Positions 1 through 10,290 of a stretch of DNA of 64,000 nucleotides are shown piece by piece. The position numbers and the translations under genes were made by a program. A model generated the notes under the pieces. It did no database searches. It was not told the origin of the DNA and saw only the letters and a list, made by a program, of their open reading frames with translations. The DNA comes from Candidatus Marinacidobacterales bacterium (GTDB taxonomy: Bacteria > Acidobacteriota > Vicinamibacteria > Marinacidobacterales > DATDRI01). Each line of letters begins with the position of its first letter. Position 1 is the stretch's first letter. Location of the stretch: positions 4,736,001-4,800,000 of the forward strand of contig CBDCNP010000002.1 of assembly GCA_965219415.1 (NCBI GenBank). The letters run 5' to 3'.

Positions 1-2
1 AT

Positions 3-788
3 CTCCTGGACCGACTCGAGAACTACGGCAGCCAGGAGCCCACCGACACCAGCAACTATTCGATAGAGCACATCATGCCGCAGAACGAGAAGCTGTCGTC
101 AGAGTGGCGACAGATGCTCGGCGCGGACTGGGCCGATATTCAGCAGCATTGGCTCCATCGCCTCGGCAACCTCACTCTGACTGGCTACAACAGCGAGTAC
201 TCGGACCGCCCGTTTGACGAAAAGAAGACCATCAGCGGGGGTTTCGAAGAAAGTTCGGTTCGACTCAACAAGTATGTCCGCGAGCAAACGCAGTGGACGG
301 CATCACAGATCGAAGCTCGCGGAGAGTTGCTGGCTCGGCGGGCGCTCTCGATCTGGCCGCGGCTTGAGGTTGATGCCGCTCTGGTCCAGGCGGCTGAACA
401 TGAGGACATACGGCAGCGTGCCAAGCGGAGAGATGTTGCCAAGGTCCAGATGACAGAGGTGGCCCGCGAACTCTTCGAACAGCTTCGAGCGATGGTCCAC
501 GAGATTGACAGCGACATCATCGAGCTTGCAGAGCCTCGCTCTGTTAGCTACCACGGGCCTGAGTTTTTCCTCGAGGTCTTGCCCCGAAAGAACCGTATCA
601 ACCTGCTCCTTGCGCTCGACTTCAACGAAGTCGAGGACCCGCACGGTATCGCCAAGGACACTTCGCAGAAGAAATTCTTTGTTCACGCGCAGTACGAGGG
701 GGGCGTATACATCCCTATCTGGAGTCCCGAGGACATCGAGAAGGCGTTACCAATCGTCCGGCAGGCACACGCTCTAATCTCTGCTTAA
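3..788 (+). CDS. 5'-partial GmrSD-type (DUF262/DUF1524) restriction endonuclease, C-terminal HNH-like domain plus DUF5655-like tail
   Basis: Frame open from the window edge; SIEHIMPQ...LHRLGNLTLTGYNSEYSDRPF is the DUF1524 signature. Confidence 0.75.
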   Translation, partial: LLDRLENYGSQEPTDTSNYSIEHIMPQNEKLSSEWRQMLGADWADIQQHWLHRLGNLTLTGYNSEYSDRPFDEKKTISGGFEESSVRLNKYVREQTQWTASQIEARGELLARRALSIWPRLEVDAALVQAAEHEDIRQRAKRRDVAKVQMTEVARELFEQLRAMVHEIDSDIIELAEPRSVSYHGPEFFLEVLPRKNRINLLLALDFNEVEDPHGIAKDTSQKKFFVHAQYEGGVYIPIWSPEDIEKALPIVRQAHALISA

Positions 789-802
789 TCGGTCGGTAGG
801 GT

Positions 803-968
803 GGTGCTTGCGCTGTTTACTGTTGGTGATGTGTACGCATCCCTTTGCAAAAAAGTCGCTTACGCTCCATTTAGCGCGCAGCGAAGGTCGTGAGCGCCAT
901 TTTGGCTGTAATTTAATGCACCGTAGAGTCTTAGTGTCATCTCAGCAACATTTGATGGCGGAAGCACC
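803..968. mobile_element. 166-bp MITE 'A' with IS1-family-type TIRs
   Basis: GGTGCTT...AAGCACC ends; near-identical copies at 1758, 21653, 48550 and 53193, partial at 31032. Confidence 0.8.
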
Positions 969-1046
969 GGCACGGCCGCAAATACAGACACTAAGCTACT
1001 GATTTATGATCTATTTCAAAAGGGCCGAGTTTTGGCACAGGACGGG
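969..1046 (-). repeat. Solo left end ('B') of the rve-integrase element seen complete at 43830-45252
   Basis: Reverse complement of CCCGTCCTGTGCCAAAACTCGGCCCTTTTGAAATAG. Confidence 0.8.
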
Positions 1047-1208
1047 GAACAACCGCAACAGGAGCAAGGAGAAGCTCACGATGGAGGACCCCGGGTCATA
1101 TACTACATACCGGATAATGGGCGTATGCGGAAAATGCCGGGGGACGAGATCGTGCAATTGCCAGAAGAAAAGCGAAATGGCTCAACGCGGTTCGAAGGAG
1201 ATGAATGA
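1047..1208 (+). pseudogene. Possible C-terminal remnant of a phage terminase small subunit
   Basis: Reads RVIYYIPDNGR, resembling the C-terminal IPDNGR motif of some small terminases; 5' part replaced by an IS end. Confidence 0.3.
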
Positions 1209-1361
1209 CGAATGAGCCAACGGGCAAAATCCCGCTTTGTGGCCAGAATCCCCGCCAATCCTCACTATTGTCCAAAAAGTAGCAAAATGCTGAAGGCACC
1301 CGATGTGCTGCGGAGTATTCAGAAGGCGCCATTCGCGGCGAGTCATCCAATAGGCGAGTTC

Positions 1362-1676
1362 GGGCATCCGCGTCCGACTGCATAGAGTCCGTGTCCACCC
1401 CGCCTATCGCGGAGCGGCCGTGGCCGAATCACGGCGGAGGACAACGATGGAGCCTGACCAGAAGCCCGCTGCGCCAGACGGTTCCCCCGCTGATGCTCAG
1501 GGTGCCGACTATAATAAATGATGAAGGACACGCAACCGATGCACCGATGGGTGCTTCCGCAGTCAAGTGTTGGCGGCCGCTGCGTAACCTGTTCGCGTGC
1601 TAGAGTTTTAGCTTGATTTCGATAGACGCAGTTCTTTCGTCGATGCCGGCTGGGCCGAGTTTTGGCACAGGACGGG
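1362..1676. repeat. Chimeric repeat 'C' (IS481-like right end + IS1-like left end + B end)
   Basis: Same three-part unit at 38109-38421 (inverted) and 45253-45482; partial at 42151-42276. Confidence 0.8.
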
Positions 1677-1757
1677 GACGGATCCCGTCCTGTGCCAAAA
1701 CTCGGCCCTTTTGAAATAGACCACAAATCAGCAGCTTAGACGCCCTTGGAATCCGCG

Positions 1758-1923
1758 GGTGCTTGCGTCGTTTACTGTTGGTGATGTGTACGCATCCCTT
1801 TGCAAAAAAGGCGCTTACGCTCCATTTAGCGCGCAGCGAAGGTCACGAACGCTAATTTGGCTGTAATTTAATGCACCGTAAAATCTTAGCGTCATCTCAC
1901 CAACACTTAATGGCGGAAGCACC
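1758..1923. mobile_element. MITE 'A', preceded by a B end (1684-1757)
   Basis: Near-identical to 803-968. Confidence 0.8.
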
Positions 1924-2080
1924 GTCCGGCAAGCCACGCCTGGCGCCGCAACAAGCCCGCCTCTATGGTCTTGCCGAGGCCAACCTCGTCGGCGATCAGA
2001 AGTCTGGGAAGGCCAATCGCGATAAAGCCGCTCAAAAGCCCTCACCTGATGCGGCCAGGGGGTGACCGCCGAGGTCACTT
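1924..2080 (-). pseudogene. SNF2-family helicase fragment (frameshifted, truncated)
   Basis: [15 protein letters not shown], then in another frame [17 protein letters not shown] (motif I). Confidence 0.7.
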
Positions 2081-2229
2081 CCCGGCGCCGCGCCAGCAGT
2101 ACTCGATTTTTGTCCAGTAAATAGCGTCCACCTCACTTGTTTGACGGGAGGAGTCCATATACGGGCTGTTACATCTTGACCACCTCCCCGATCAGTGAGA
2201 GGATCGCTGACCATATTTCCAAGGTGCTC

Positions 2230-4794
2230 GTGAGCGACAGCCCCCACTCTCCTCAAGTCGATGGACCGATCGCCCACTGGCGATCTTCGGATAAGCACCC
2301 CCACCATCTGCGTGACCACCTGAAGGACGTTGGGGCGCTGAGCGCGGCCTTCGCTTCCAAGCTTAAGCTTGACGAGGCTGGGGAACTCATCGGCCTCCTT
2401 CACGATCTGGGCAAGTACAGCAAGGAGTTCCAGGACTACATCCGCTCCGCGCTTGGACTCAAGAACCCGGACGAGGATGACTACGTCGATGTCGCGGCAA
2501 GGCGGGGTAAGGTCGATCACTCCAGTGCCGGCGCACAGTTCGTTTGGCGGGCGCTTTCAGCCAAGGGACCAACGGAGCGCGTGATTGGTCAATTTCTCGC
2601 GCTTTGCATTGCGTCGCATCATTCGGGCTTGATCGACTGCCTGGACCCGGATGGGGAAGACACCTTCGGAAGGCGAATGATGAAGGGGCAAGAGAAGACC
2701 CACCTGGACGAAGCGTCTGGTGCCGCAGACGCAGGGATCTTGGCGAGGTGTGATGAGATCCTCGAGAACCCAGGACTCATTCAGGGATTGAAAGTCCTTA
2801 TTGACCGAATAGTGAAAGCGAATCCCCCGATTACTGACCAAAGATCGGTTGGGCCCGTTCTGCAAATCGGCCTGGCTCTGCGCTTTTTATTCAGCTGTCT
2901 GATCGATGCAGATCGAATCGACACCGCCGACTTTGAGCGAAATCTCAAAAGCCAGGATCGTCCCAGCGGAGACTATGTTGAGTGGGCGGTGCTTATTGAC
3001 CGCCTAGAGCGACATTTATCCGACTGGCGGCCGAGTCGGCCGATCGACGCCATCCGCCGCAATATCTCGCAGCATTGCCTCAACGCTGCATCGCGGCCCG
3101 TCGGCGTCTACACCCTTACGGTACCGACAGGCGGAGGCAAGACCCTCGCGAGCCTCCGCTTCGCTCTGCATCACGCTCAGCAAAGGCAGATATCTCCTCA
3201 AGCTGCCCCCGTCTCCAAGAGGCAGGGGCTGGATCGGATTATCTACGTCGTTCCGTTCAATTCCATCATCGACCAGAACGCGCGCGAAGTTCGAGCGATC
3301 CTGGAGCCGGTCGACGCGCCCGCCGATCAGGGGCGTGTCGTCCTCGAACATCATTCTAGCTTGACACCGGAACAACAATCGTGGCGAGAGAAGATTCTTA
3401 GCGAGAACTGGGATGCTCCGGTCGTCTACACCACCATGGTGCAGCTTCTGGAGTCGCTCTTCGGCGCCGGGACACGCGGGGCGCGTCGGATGCACCAGCT
3501 TGCTAACGCCGTCGTGGTGTTCGACGAAGTGCAGGCCCTGCCGATCAAGTGTGTGCATCTGTTCAACAATGCGGTGAACTTTCTGGTCGAGCAGTGCAAC
3601 AGCACCGTTGTCCTATGTACGGCGACGCAACCGCTCTTGGATCGGGTGGCACCGGAGAAAGGCGCAATTCGCCTTGCTCCCGAGCATGAGCTGATGCCAG
3701 ACACGAAGGCGCTCTTCGAGACCCTGAAGCGTGTCGAAGTGCGTGATCGCAGGAAACCGAGAGGCTGGAGCGACGGCGAGGTGGCGGAATTGGCCCTCGA
3801 CGAGACGCGCCGGACGGGAAGCTGTCTCGTGATTGTGAACACGAAACGAGCAGCGAGAGCCGTCTATAAGATCTGTAGCCAGCGCCTCAAGAAGGAGGAA
3901 GTGTCTCACCTAAGCACCGATATGTGCCCAACCCACCGGAAGAACACGCTTGGGAGCAAGCGGGACCCCAGCGCCAACACCGTAATTGGGCGGCTGGAAC
4001 GGGGCGTCCCGATTCTCTGTGTCAGCACCCAGTTGATAGAGGCGGGAATCGATGTGGACTTCGGCGCCGTCGTCCGGTTTAGCGCCGGACTTGACTCGAT
4101 CGCCCAGGCCGCAGGCCGCTGCAACCGCAACGGAAATCCCGCGCCCGGCACCGTGCACGTGGTAAACCCAACCGATGAGAATCTCCGGCGCCTGCCGGAT
4201 ATCGCGGTCGGTCGTGACAAAGCCCAGCGCGTGATGGATGACTTTCGTGAAGACCCTGCTCGCTACGCCGACACTCTCTTTGGTCCAGAGGCGCTAGCCG
4301 AGTACTACAGGTACTACTTCTTTGATCAGCAGGGTGAGATGGAATACCCGGTCCCTGCTAGCGAGATCGGGCACGACGACACCCTTCTCAATCTGCTCTC
4401 TTACAACGATGCTGCAACCAGTGCCGCCCAACGCCAACATGATCAGGTGCCGCCCGGCCGTCTGCTGCATCAGGCCTTCATGGCAGCTGGTAGGGCATTC
4501 AAGGCGATTGACGCGCCGACTCGGGGCGTAATTGTTCCCTACGAGAGGGGTGGCGCGGAACTTATTGCTGATTTGGAGAGGTCGCCCGATGCCAAGGCAG
4601 AGTTCGGCCTGTTGCGCCGAGCTCAGCAATATACGGTGAACGTCTTCCCTCACATACTCCGACAGCTCGGTGCCGCAAAGGCTGTCCGCGAACTGCCGGA
4701 CACCCGGATTCTCTGCCTCGACAAGCGTTACTACAGTTCGATGTTCGGGCTTGCAACTGAGACTGTGTCGCCCATGGAGATGCTCTATGTCTAA
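2230..4794 (+). CDS. cas3: CRISPR-associated helicase/nuclease Cas3 (HD fused)
   Basis: LLHDLGK HD domain, VPTGGGKT, VFDEVQ, STQLIEAGIDVD, QAAGRCNR; GTG 2230 chosen after AAGGTG. Confidence 0.95.
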   Translation: MSDSPHSPQVDGPIAHWRSSDKHPHHLRDHLKDVGALSAAFASKLKLDEAGELIGLLHDLGKYSKEFQDYIRSALGLKNPDEDDYVDVAARRGKVDHSSAGAQFVWRALSAKGPTERVIGQFLALCIASHHSGLIDCLDPDGEDTFGRRMMKGQEKTHLDEASGAADAGILARCDEILENPGLIQGLKVLIDRIVKANPPITDQRSVGPVLQIGLALRFLFSCLIDADRIDTADFERNLKSQDRPSGDYVEWAVLIDRLERHLSDWRPSRPIDAIRRNISQHCLNAASRPVGVYTLTVPTGGGKTLASLRFALHHAQQRQISPQAAPVSKRQGLDRIIYVVPFNSIIDQNAREVRAILEPVDAPADQGRVVLEHHSSLTPEQQSWREKILSENWDAPVVYTTMVQLLESLFGAGTRGARRMHQLANAVVVFDEVQALPIKCVHLFNNAVNFLVEQCNSTVVLCTATQPLLDRVAPEKGAIRLAPEHELMPDTKALFETLKRVEVRDRRKPRGWSDGEVAELALDETRRTGSCLVIVNTKRAARAVYKICSQRLKKEEVSHLSTDMCPTHRKNTLGSKRDPSANTVIGRLERGVPILCVSTQLIEAGIDVDFGAVVRFSAGLDSIAQAAGRCNRNGNPAPGTVHVVNPTDENLRRLPDIAVGRDKAQRVMDDFREDPARYADTLFGPEALAEYYRYYFFDQQGEMEYPVPASEIGHDDTLLNLLSYNDAATSAAQRQHDQVPPGRLLHQAFMAAGRAFKAIDAPTRGVIVPYERGGAELIADLERSPDAKAEFGLLRRAQQYTVNVFPHILRQLGAAKAVRELPDTRILCLDKRYYSSMFGLATETVSPMEMLYV

Positions 4795-5515
4795 AGGACA
4801 CCGCAACGCCATCGAATTCAAGGTATGGGGGCGGTACGCACTATTTGCCGATCCGCTCACCAGGATTGGTGGTGAGAAGTGCTCTTACCACATGCCTACC
4901 TACGAAGCACTCAAGGGTATCGTGAAGTCGATCTACTGGAAGCCCACGCTCATCTGGGTGATCGACGACATGAGGGTCATGAAGCGCATTCGCACCCAGA
5001 CCAAGGGTACGAAGCCCCAGGAGTTCAGCGGCGGAAACACGCTGGCGATCTATACATTCCTGGCGGATGTCGAGTACCAGGTACGTGTGCACTTCGAGTG
5101 GAATACCGTGCGGCCAGAACTGGCTGGTGACCAGAACGAGAACAAACACCACAACATGGCGAAGCGTTTCCTGGAACGAGGCGGGCGGCAAGACATCTTC
5201 CTTGGCACACGGGATTGCCAAGGGTACGTTGAACCGTGTGAGTTTGGCTCAGGGCAAGGGGAGTTGGATGGGACTGGAGAACTGGCCTTCGGCCTGATGT
5301 TTCATGGCTTCGACTACCCGGACGAAACCGGCGGGCGGGAGATGCATGCACGCTTCTGGCAACCGAAGCTTGTTAATGGAGTCATCACCTTTGCGCGGCC
5401 AGACAAATGCCCTGTCAAACGGCTAGTTCGGGAAATGAGCGTGAAGCCCTTCGGAATTGGGAAGAGCCAGCGTTCCGTGGACCACGAGGCCGTTAAGTTG
5501 GAGGCCGAGAAATGA
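4787..5515 (+). CDS. cas5c: Type I-C Cas5c
   Basis: VWGRYALFADPLTRIGGEKCSYHMPTYEALKGI; overlaps the cas3 stop. Confidence 0.95.
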   Translation: MSKGHRNAIEFKVWGRYALFADPLTRIGGEKCSYHMPTYEALKGIVKSIYWKPTLIWVIDDMRVMKRIRTQTKGTKPQEFSGGNTLAIYTFLADVEYQVRVHFEWNTVRPELAGDQNENKHHNMAKRFLERGGRQDIFLGTRDCQGYVEPCEFGSGQGELDGTGELAFGLMFHGFDYPDETGGREMHARFWQPKLVNGVITFARPDKCPVKRLVREMSVKPFGIGKSQRSVDHEAVKLEAEK

Positions 5516-7425
5516 ACTGGCTTCTCAAGCTGTATGAGACTTATGAGAACTACGCGGAACATGAGCCCGAAGGTGCCGAACTGCTGATGCCTGTTGCCCA
5601 CACAACCCAACAGGCGCAGATTGAGATCGTGTTGGACGGCAAGGGCGCCTTCAGGCGGGCGTCAGTCATCGAGAAGGGCTCAGGAGTCACGATGATTCCT
5701 TGCACCGAGGAGTCAGGAGGCCGTGCTGGCAGCAAGCCCGTGAACCACCCCCTTTGCGACAAGCTCCAGTATGTTGCTGCGGATTTCGTCAAGTTCGGAG
5801 GCGACGTCACATCTGGCTTCGCGTCAAACCCGGCCGAGCCCCACGCTGCCTTTGTGAAGTCACTGACGGCGTGGGCGAAATCAGACCACGGCCATCCGAA
5901 GTTGGACGCCATCCGGAAATATGTGGTGGGCGGGCGGGTCATCGCAGATTTGGTGAAGGCAGGGGTCCTCCCAACGGACAAGAAGGGAAAACTGCTCAAG
6001 GCGTGGGACGGTGTTCGTGGCTCCACCCCGACCATCTTTCGAGTCATTCAGAAAAGCCAAGCGCCGGGGGATGCCTTTGTACGCTGGCAGGTGGAGAGCC
6101 AGGCCGGAGACGCCGTTTCCAAGACATGGAATGACCCCGCGTTGGCCTCCGCTTGGATTGACTACTATCACACCATCCAGACTAAGCGAGGGTACTGCAT
6201 GGTGACTGGCAAGGAGGCCCCCTTGGCCATCCAGCATCCGGCCAGGCTGAGGGGCGGTGGTGACAAGGCGAAGCTGATCTCTTCCAACGACACGAGCGGC
6301 TTCACGTTTCGAGGCAAGTTCATCAAAGCCGATGACGCCGCCGGCGTTAGCTTTGACGTCTCTCAGAAGGCCCACAACGCTCTCCGTTGGCTCATTGCTC
6401 GCCAAGGGTACGTGGACAGCAAGCGAAAGCAGGCTGTGGTCAGCTGGGTGGTTGCGGGAAAGCCGCACCCGGATTGGTTCTCGAGCACTCTTGAACTTTG
6501 CGGCCTTGACGGGGGAGCGTTGGAGGTAGCGCCCCACGGCGCAGATACGGATCAAGCATTCGCGATCAGGCTGAAGAAGGCGATTGCAGGCTACGGGGCG
6601 AGCCTTGACCCAACGGATGTCGTCGTCGTGATGGCGTTGGATTCCGCTACCCCAGGCCGCATGGCGATCACGTTCTACCGAGAACTCAAGGGATCCGAGT
6701 TTCTCGACCGGCTCCAGGCGTGGCACGCGAGATGCGCCTGGCCACAGAATATGGGCAAGGAGCGCAAGTTTGTTGGCGCTCCTTCACCCCGGGACATTGC
6801 TGAGGCCGCCTACCATCGTTTGGACGAAAAACTCGGTAAGGCGACCATCGAGCGACTCCTGCCATGCATCGTTGACGGCCTGCCGATTCCGCACGCGTTG
6901 GTCATGTCAACGACCCGCCGAGCGAGCAATCGAGTGGGCCTCGAAAACTGGGAGTGGGAGAAGTGTTTGGGCATCGCCTGCGCGCTCTTCAAAGGGTATT
7001 TCACCGAAAGGAATTATCAAATGACGCTGGAAACTAATCGAACAACTCGCGACTATTTGTATGGTCGGCTTCTGGCTATAGCGGAGCACATCGAATCACA
7101 CGCCCTTTATGTGGCCGGCGAAAACCGCGACACGACCGCTGCCCGTCTGATGCAGCGCTTTGCGGATCGGCCCTACTCCACCTGGAAAACGATAGAGCTT
7201 TCGCTCACTCCCTATAAGACTCGCCTGCGGAACATGCGTGCTGGCTTTCTCTATAAGATGGAGAAGGACCTTGACGGAGTGATGAATGCTTTCGCAGCCG
7301 AGGATTTCAGGCGGGATACCCAACTTTCGGGGGAGTTCCTGCTGGCCTACCACTGCCAACGGCAGGTGCTGCACCTGAGGACAACTGCTCCAACCGAGAA
7401 CGAGCCCACCGCGACCAAAGAATGA
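5512..7425 (+). CDS. cas8c: Type I-C Cas8c/Csd1
   Basis: HPLCDKLQYVA, KLISSND, SATPGRMAITFYREL, DYLYGRLLAIAE. Confidence 0.95.
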   Translation: MNWLLKLYETYENYAEHEPEGAELLMPVAHTTQQAQIEIVLDGKGAFRRASVIEKGSGVTMIPCTEESGGRAGSKPVNHPLCDKLQYVAADFVKFGGDVTSGFASNPAEPHAAFVKSLTAWAKSDHGHPKLDAIRKYVVGGRVIADLVKAGVLPTDKKGKLLKAWDGVRGSTPTIFRVIQKSQAPGDAFVRWQVESQAGDAVSKTWNDPALASAWIDYYHTIQTKRGYCMVTGKEAPLAIQHPARLRGGGDKAKLISSNDTSGFTFRGKFIKADDAAGVSFDVSQKAHNALRWLIARQGYVDSKRKQAVVSWVVAGKPHPDWFSSTLELCGLDGGALEVAPHGADTDQAFAIRLKKAIAGYGASLDPTDVVVVMALDSATPGRMAITFYRELKGSEFLDRLQAWHARCAWPQNMGKERKFVGAPSPRDIAEAAYHRLDEKLGKATIERLLPCIVDGLPIPHALVMSTTRRASNRVGLENWEWEKCLGIACALFKGYFTERNYQMTLETNRTTRDYLYGRLLAIAEHIESHALYVAGENRDTTAARLMQRFADRPYSTWKTIELSLTPYKTRLRNMRAGFLYKMEKDLDGVMNAFAAEDFRRDTQLSGEFLLAYHCQRQVLHLRTTAPTENEPTATKE

Positions 7426-7443
7426 GAACCCAGGAGAACCACT

Positions 7444-8316
7444 ATGACCATCTTGAGCCACAAGATCGACTTTGCCCTTGTCATTCGCGTCAACCGCGCC
7501 AACCCAAACGGTGACCCGCTCAACGGGAACCGGCCGCGAACCGACTACGCCGGTCTCGGTGAGATCACCGACGTTTGCCTCAAGCGCAAGCTGCGTGATC
7601 GCCTTGCGGAGCGCCACACGGCCCTACCCGAAAAAGAGAAGGCGGGGCAAGCGATCTTCGTTCAGTCGGACGATCGAAAAACGGACGGAGAGCCAAGTCT
7701 CCGCGCCCGTGCCGAATCTGAAACCAACGGGCTTGGGAAGAGGGTCTTTGGGAAAAGCGCAAAGAAGGATGAGACGGCGAAGCTTGCCGCCGCGAAGTGG
7801 TTCGACGTGCGCGCGTTTGGGCAGGTGTTCGCTTTTAGTAAGGGGGACGACGCGAGCGGTGTTTCCATTCCGATCCGAGGACCGGTCACCATTCAGTCCG
7901 CCTTTAGCAAGGAACCCGTGAGTATTACCAGTACTCAGATCACAAAGAGCGTTAGCGGAGAAGGCGATGGGACTAAGCGTGGGTCCGACACGATGGGAAT
8001 GAAACACCGTGTCGACAGCGGCATCTACGAATGCTACGGCAGCATCAATCCGCAACTCGCCGAGCGAACAGGCTTCACCGACGCCGACGCCGATGTCATC
8101 AAGGCAATCCTACCGAAACTGTTCGAAAACGATGCTTCCTCAGCACGCCCCGATGGAAGCATGCAGGTGCTGAAGGTGATTTGGTGGAAGCACAAAAGCA
8201 AGGCGGGTCAGTACTCGTCGGCGAAGGTGCACGGGTCCCTAACCGTCAATTCTGACGGGTCGATCAATCATTCAGACCTCTCTGGCTTGCTCCCGGAAGA
8301 GATCGAAGGGTTCTGA
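7444..8316 (+). CDS. cas7c: Type I-C Cas7c/Csd2
   Basis: ANPNGDPLNGNRPR, DVRAFGQVFAF, DTMGMKHRV. Confidence 0.95.
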   Translation: MTILSHKIDFALVIRVNRANPNGDPLNGNRPRTDYAGLGEITDVCLKRKLRDRLAERHTALPEKEKAGQAIFVQSDDRKTDGEPSLRARAESETNGLGKRVFGKSAKKDETAKLAAAKWFDVRAFGQVFAFSKGDDASGVSIPIRGPVTIQSAFSKEPVSITSTQITKSVSGEGDGTKRGSDTMGMKHRVDSGIYECYGSINPQLAERTGFTDADADVIKAILPKLFENDASSARPDGSMQVLKVIWWKHKSKAGQYSSAKVHGSLTVNSDGSINHSDLSGLLPEEIEGF

Positions 8317-8326
8317 AAACGTCGTC

Positions 8327-8962
8327 GTGCACGAAGACGATTTCCTACCGCTGTCAGGCATCCAGCATCTCGTTTTCTGTGAACGGCAGGCGGCCCTCAT
8401 CCATGTGGAGCGAGTCTTCGAAGAAAACGTGTTCACAAGCGAAGGGCGCCTCCTGCACCAATCCGTCGCGACACCCGGCGGTCGTGTGCGGGAGGGCGTT
8501 CGGGTTGAGACCGATGTTTGGTTGCGATCCGAGCGCCTCGGCCTTGTGGGCCGGGCGGATCGAGTCGAGACACGGAGGGTCGCAGGAGAGAAAAGGGTTC
8601 AGCCAGTCGAGTCGAAGCGAGCGCGCCGTAAGAGTCTCCGAGCCGATTGCATCCAGCTCTGCGCTCAAGCGATGGCGCTTGAGGAAATGCGCTCTGTCGT
8701 AGTTGAGTCAGGCGAGCTGTACTATATCAACTCGCGGCAACGGCTGACGATTCCGATCACGGGTGACCTCCGCGAGGCTACAGCGAAAGCTGCTCGCCGC
8801 TTCCACGAGATATGTCGGACGGGCCTCCTGCCGAAGCCGAAGTTCGATGCGCGCTGCAAGTCGTGCTCGCTGAATCAAATCTGTCTGCCCGCTGTTTTTG
8901 AGCGACCGACGAAGATTACGGACTACCTTGCCGTCGCATGGGATGACCATGATTCTCAGTGA
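8327..8962 (+). CDS. cas4: Cas4
   Basis: LSGIQHLVFCERQAALIH, QLCAQAMALEEM, C-terminal CKSCSLNQIC. Confidence 0.93.
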   Translation: MHEDDFLPLSGIQHLVFCERQAALIHVERVFEENVFTSEGRLLHQSVATPGGRVREGVRVETDVWLRSERLGLVGRADRVETRRVAGEKRVQPVESKRARRKSLRADCIQLCAQAMALEEMRSVVVESGELYYINSRQRLTIPITGDLREATAKAARRFHEICRTGLLPKPKFDARCKSCSLNQICLPAVFERPTKITDYLAVAWDDHDSQ

Positions 8963-9983
8963 GCCACTCAATACACTGTTCGTGACCCTCCCCGGCGCGT
9001 ATCTGGCAAAGGATCACGAGAATCTCGTCGTGAAGGTCGAGCAGAAGGAGCGTGTCCGCGTGCCTCTTCACCACGTGGGTAGCGTTGTTCTGTTCGGCGG
9101 GACGATTGCCAGTATCGGCGCGCTTGGAGCCCTTGCGGAGCGAGGCATCCAGGTGTCATTCCTGACAGCGGGCGGGAAGTTTCTCGGACGAGTGGAGGGG
9201 CGGTGGCAGGGCGGCTCGCTGCTTCGCAAGGCCCAGTACGCGGCCGCGAACTCTCCCAAGGAGTCACTCAAGGTAGCTCAGGGCGTCGTGCTCGGGAAGC
9301 TCGCCAACCAGCGCCAGATGGTGATGCGCTCGGCGCGAGACGCGCTGCCCGAGCCAGCCCGCGCTCTCCGGCGAGGAGCAGATGGGCTTTCGAAGGCGCT
9401 GTCGAGCGCACGGAAGGCGAGAGACATAGATGTTCTCCGAGGATTCGAAGGGTACGGAGCGAGTGTCTACTTCGAAACTTTCCCTTCGATGCTCCGCAAC
9501 CGAGCGAACGGTGTGAGCTTTGAGAAGCGGCAGCGGCGCCCGCCGATGGACCCCGTCAACGCTCTCCTGTCGTTCCTCTACGCCGTCCTGCTAAACGACG
9601 TCTGCTCGGCGTTACTGGCGACTGGACTAGATCCGGCGGTCGGCTTTCTCCACCAAGATCGCCCCGGACGGCCTTCGCTCGGTCTTGATCTCATGGAGGA
9701 GTTTCGCGCTCCTTTTACGGACCGCGCTGTCCTTGCACTGCTGAATCGCGAGCAGATCGGCGCGAAGGACTTCGAGAGGGATGGCTCGGGAGCGCTGAGG
9801 TTGAAGAGTGGGGCTCGCAGAACTGTTCTAGTCCACTGGCAAGAGCGACGCCAAGAAGTCGTCCGGCACCCTTTGACTGAAGAGAAGGTCGCGCTGGGCG
9901 TCCTGCCACATGTCCAGGCGCGGATCCTCGCGCGTGTGTTGCGGGGCGATGCGGCCGAGTATGCGCCGTACATCATGAGCTGA
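8949..9983 (+). CDS. cas1: Type I-C Cas1
   Basis: LNTLFVT, RRPPMDPVNALLSFLY, GLDLMEEFR; start could be 8943. Confidence 0.95.
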   Translation: MILSEPLNTLFVTLPGAYLAKDHENLVVKVEQKERVRVPLHHVGSVVLFGGTIASIGALGALAERGIQVSFLTAGGKFLGRVEGRWQGGSLLRKAQYAAANSPKESLKVAQGVVLGKLANQRQMVMRSARDALPEPARALRRGADGLSKALSSARKARDIDVLRGFEGYGASVYFETFPSMLRNRANGVSFEKRQRRPPMDPVNALLSFLYAVLLNDVCSALLATGLDPAVGFLHQDRPGRPSLGLDLMEEFRAPFTDRAVLALLNREQIGAKDFERDGSGALRLKSGARRTVLVHWQERRQEVVRHPLTEEKVALGVLPHVQARILARVLRGDAAEYAPYIMS

Positions 9984-9993
9984 CAGAACTGCG

Positions 9994-10290
9994 ATGGCAT
10001 TGGTTGTGGTAGTGAGCTACGACGTGGATACAACCACGAAGGAGGGCCGCAGGCGTCTGCGAAAAGTCGGCCGTGCTTGTCTAGACAGCGGCCAACGGGT
10101 CCAATTCTCGGTCTTTGAGTGCACCGTCAACGAGGAGCAGTGGGTGAGACTTCGGGGCCGGCTCTTGGGTCTCATTGACGAGAAGAAGGACAGTCTTCGC
10201 TTCTACAACCTTGGAGAAGAGTCGTCACGCCGGATCGAGCATCATGGAATAAAAGCGACGATGGACCCGCAAGGAATTCTCTTGGTATGA
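9994..10290 (+). CDS. cas2: Cas2
   Basis: VVSYDV...RRLRKV...QRVQFSVFEC...DSLRFY. Confidence 0.95.
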   Translation: MALVVVVSYDVDTTTKEGRRRLRKVGRACLDSGQRVQFSVFECTVNEEQWVRLRGRLLGLIDEKKDSLRFYNLGEESSRRIEHHGIKATMDPQGILLV

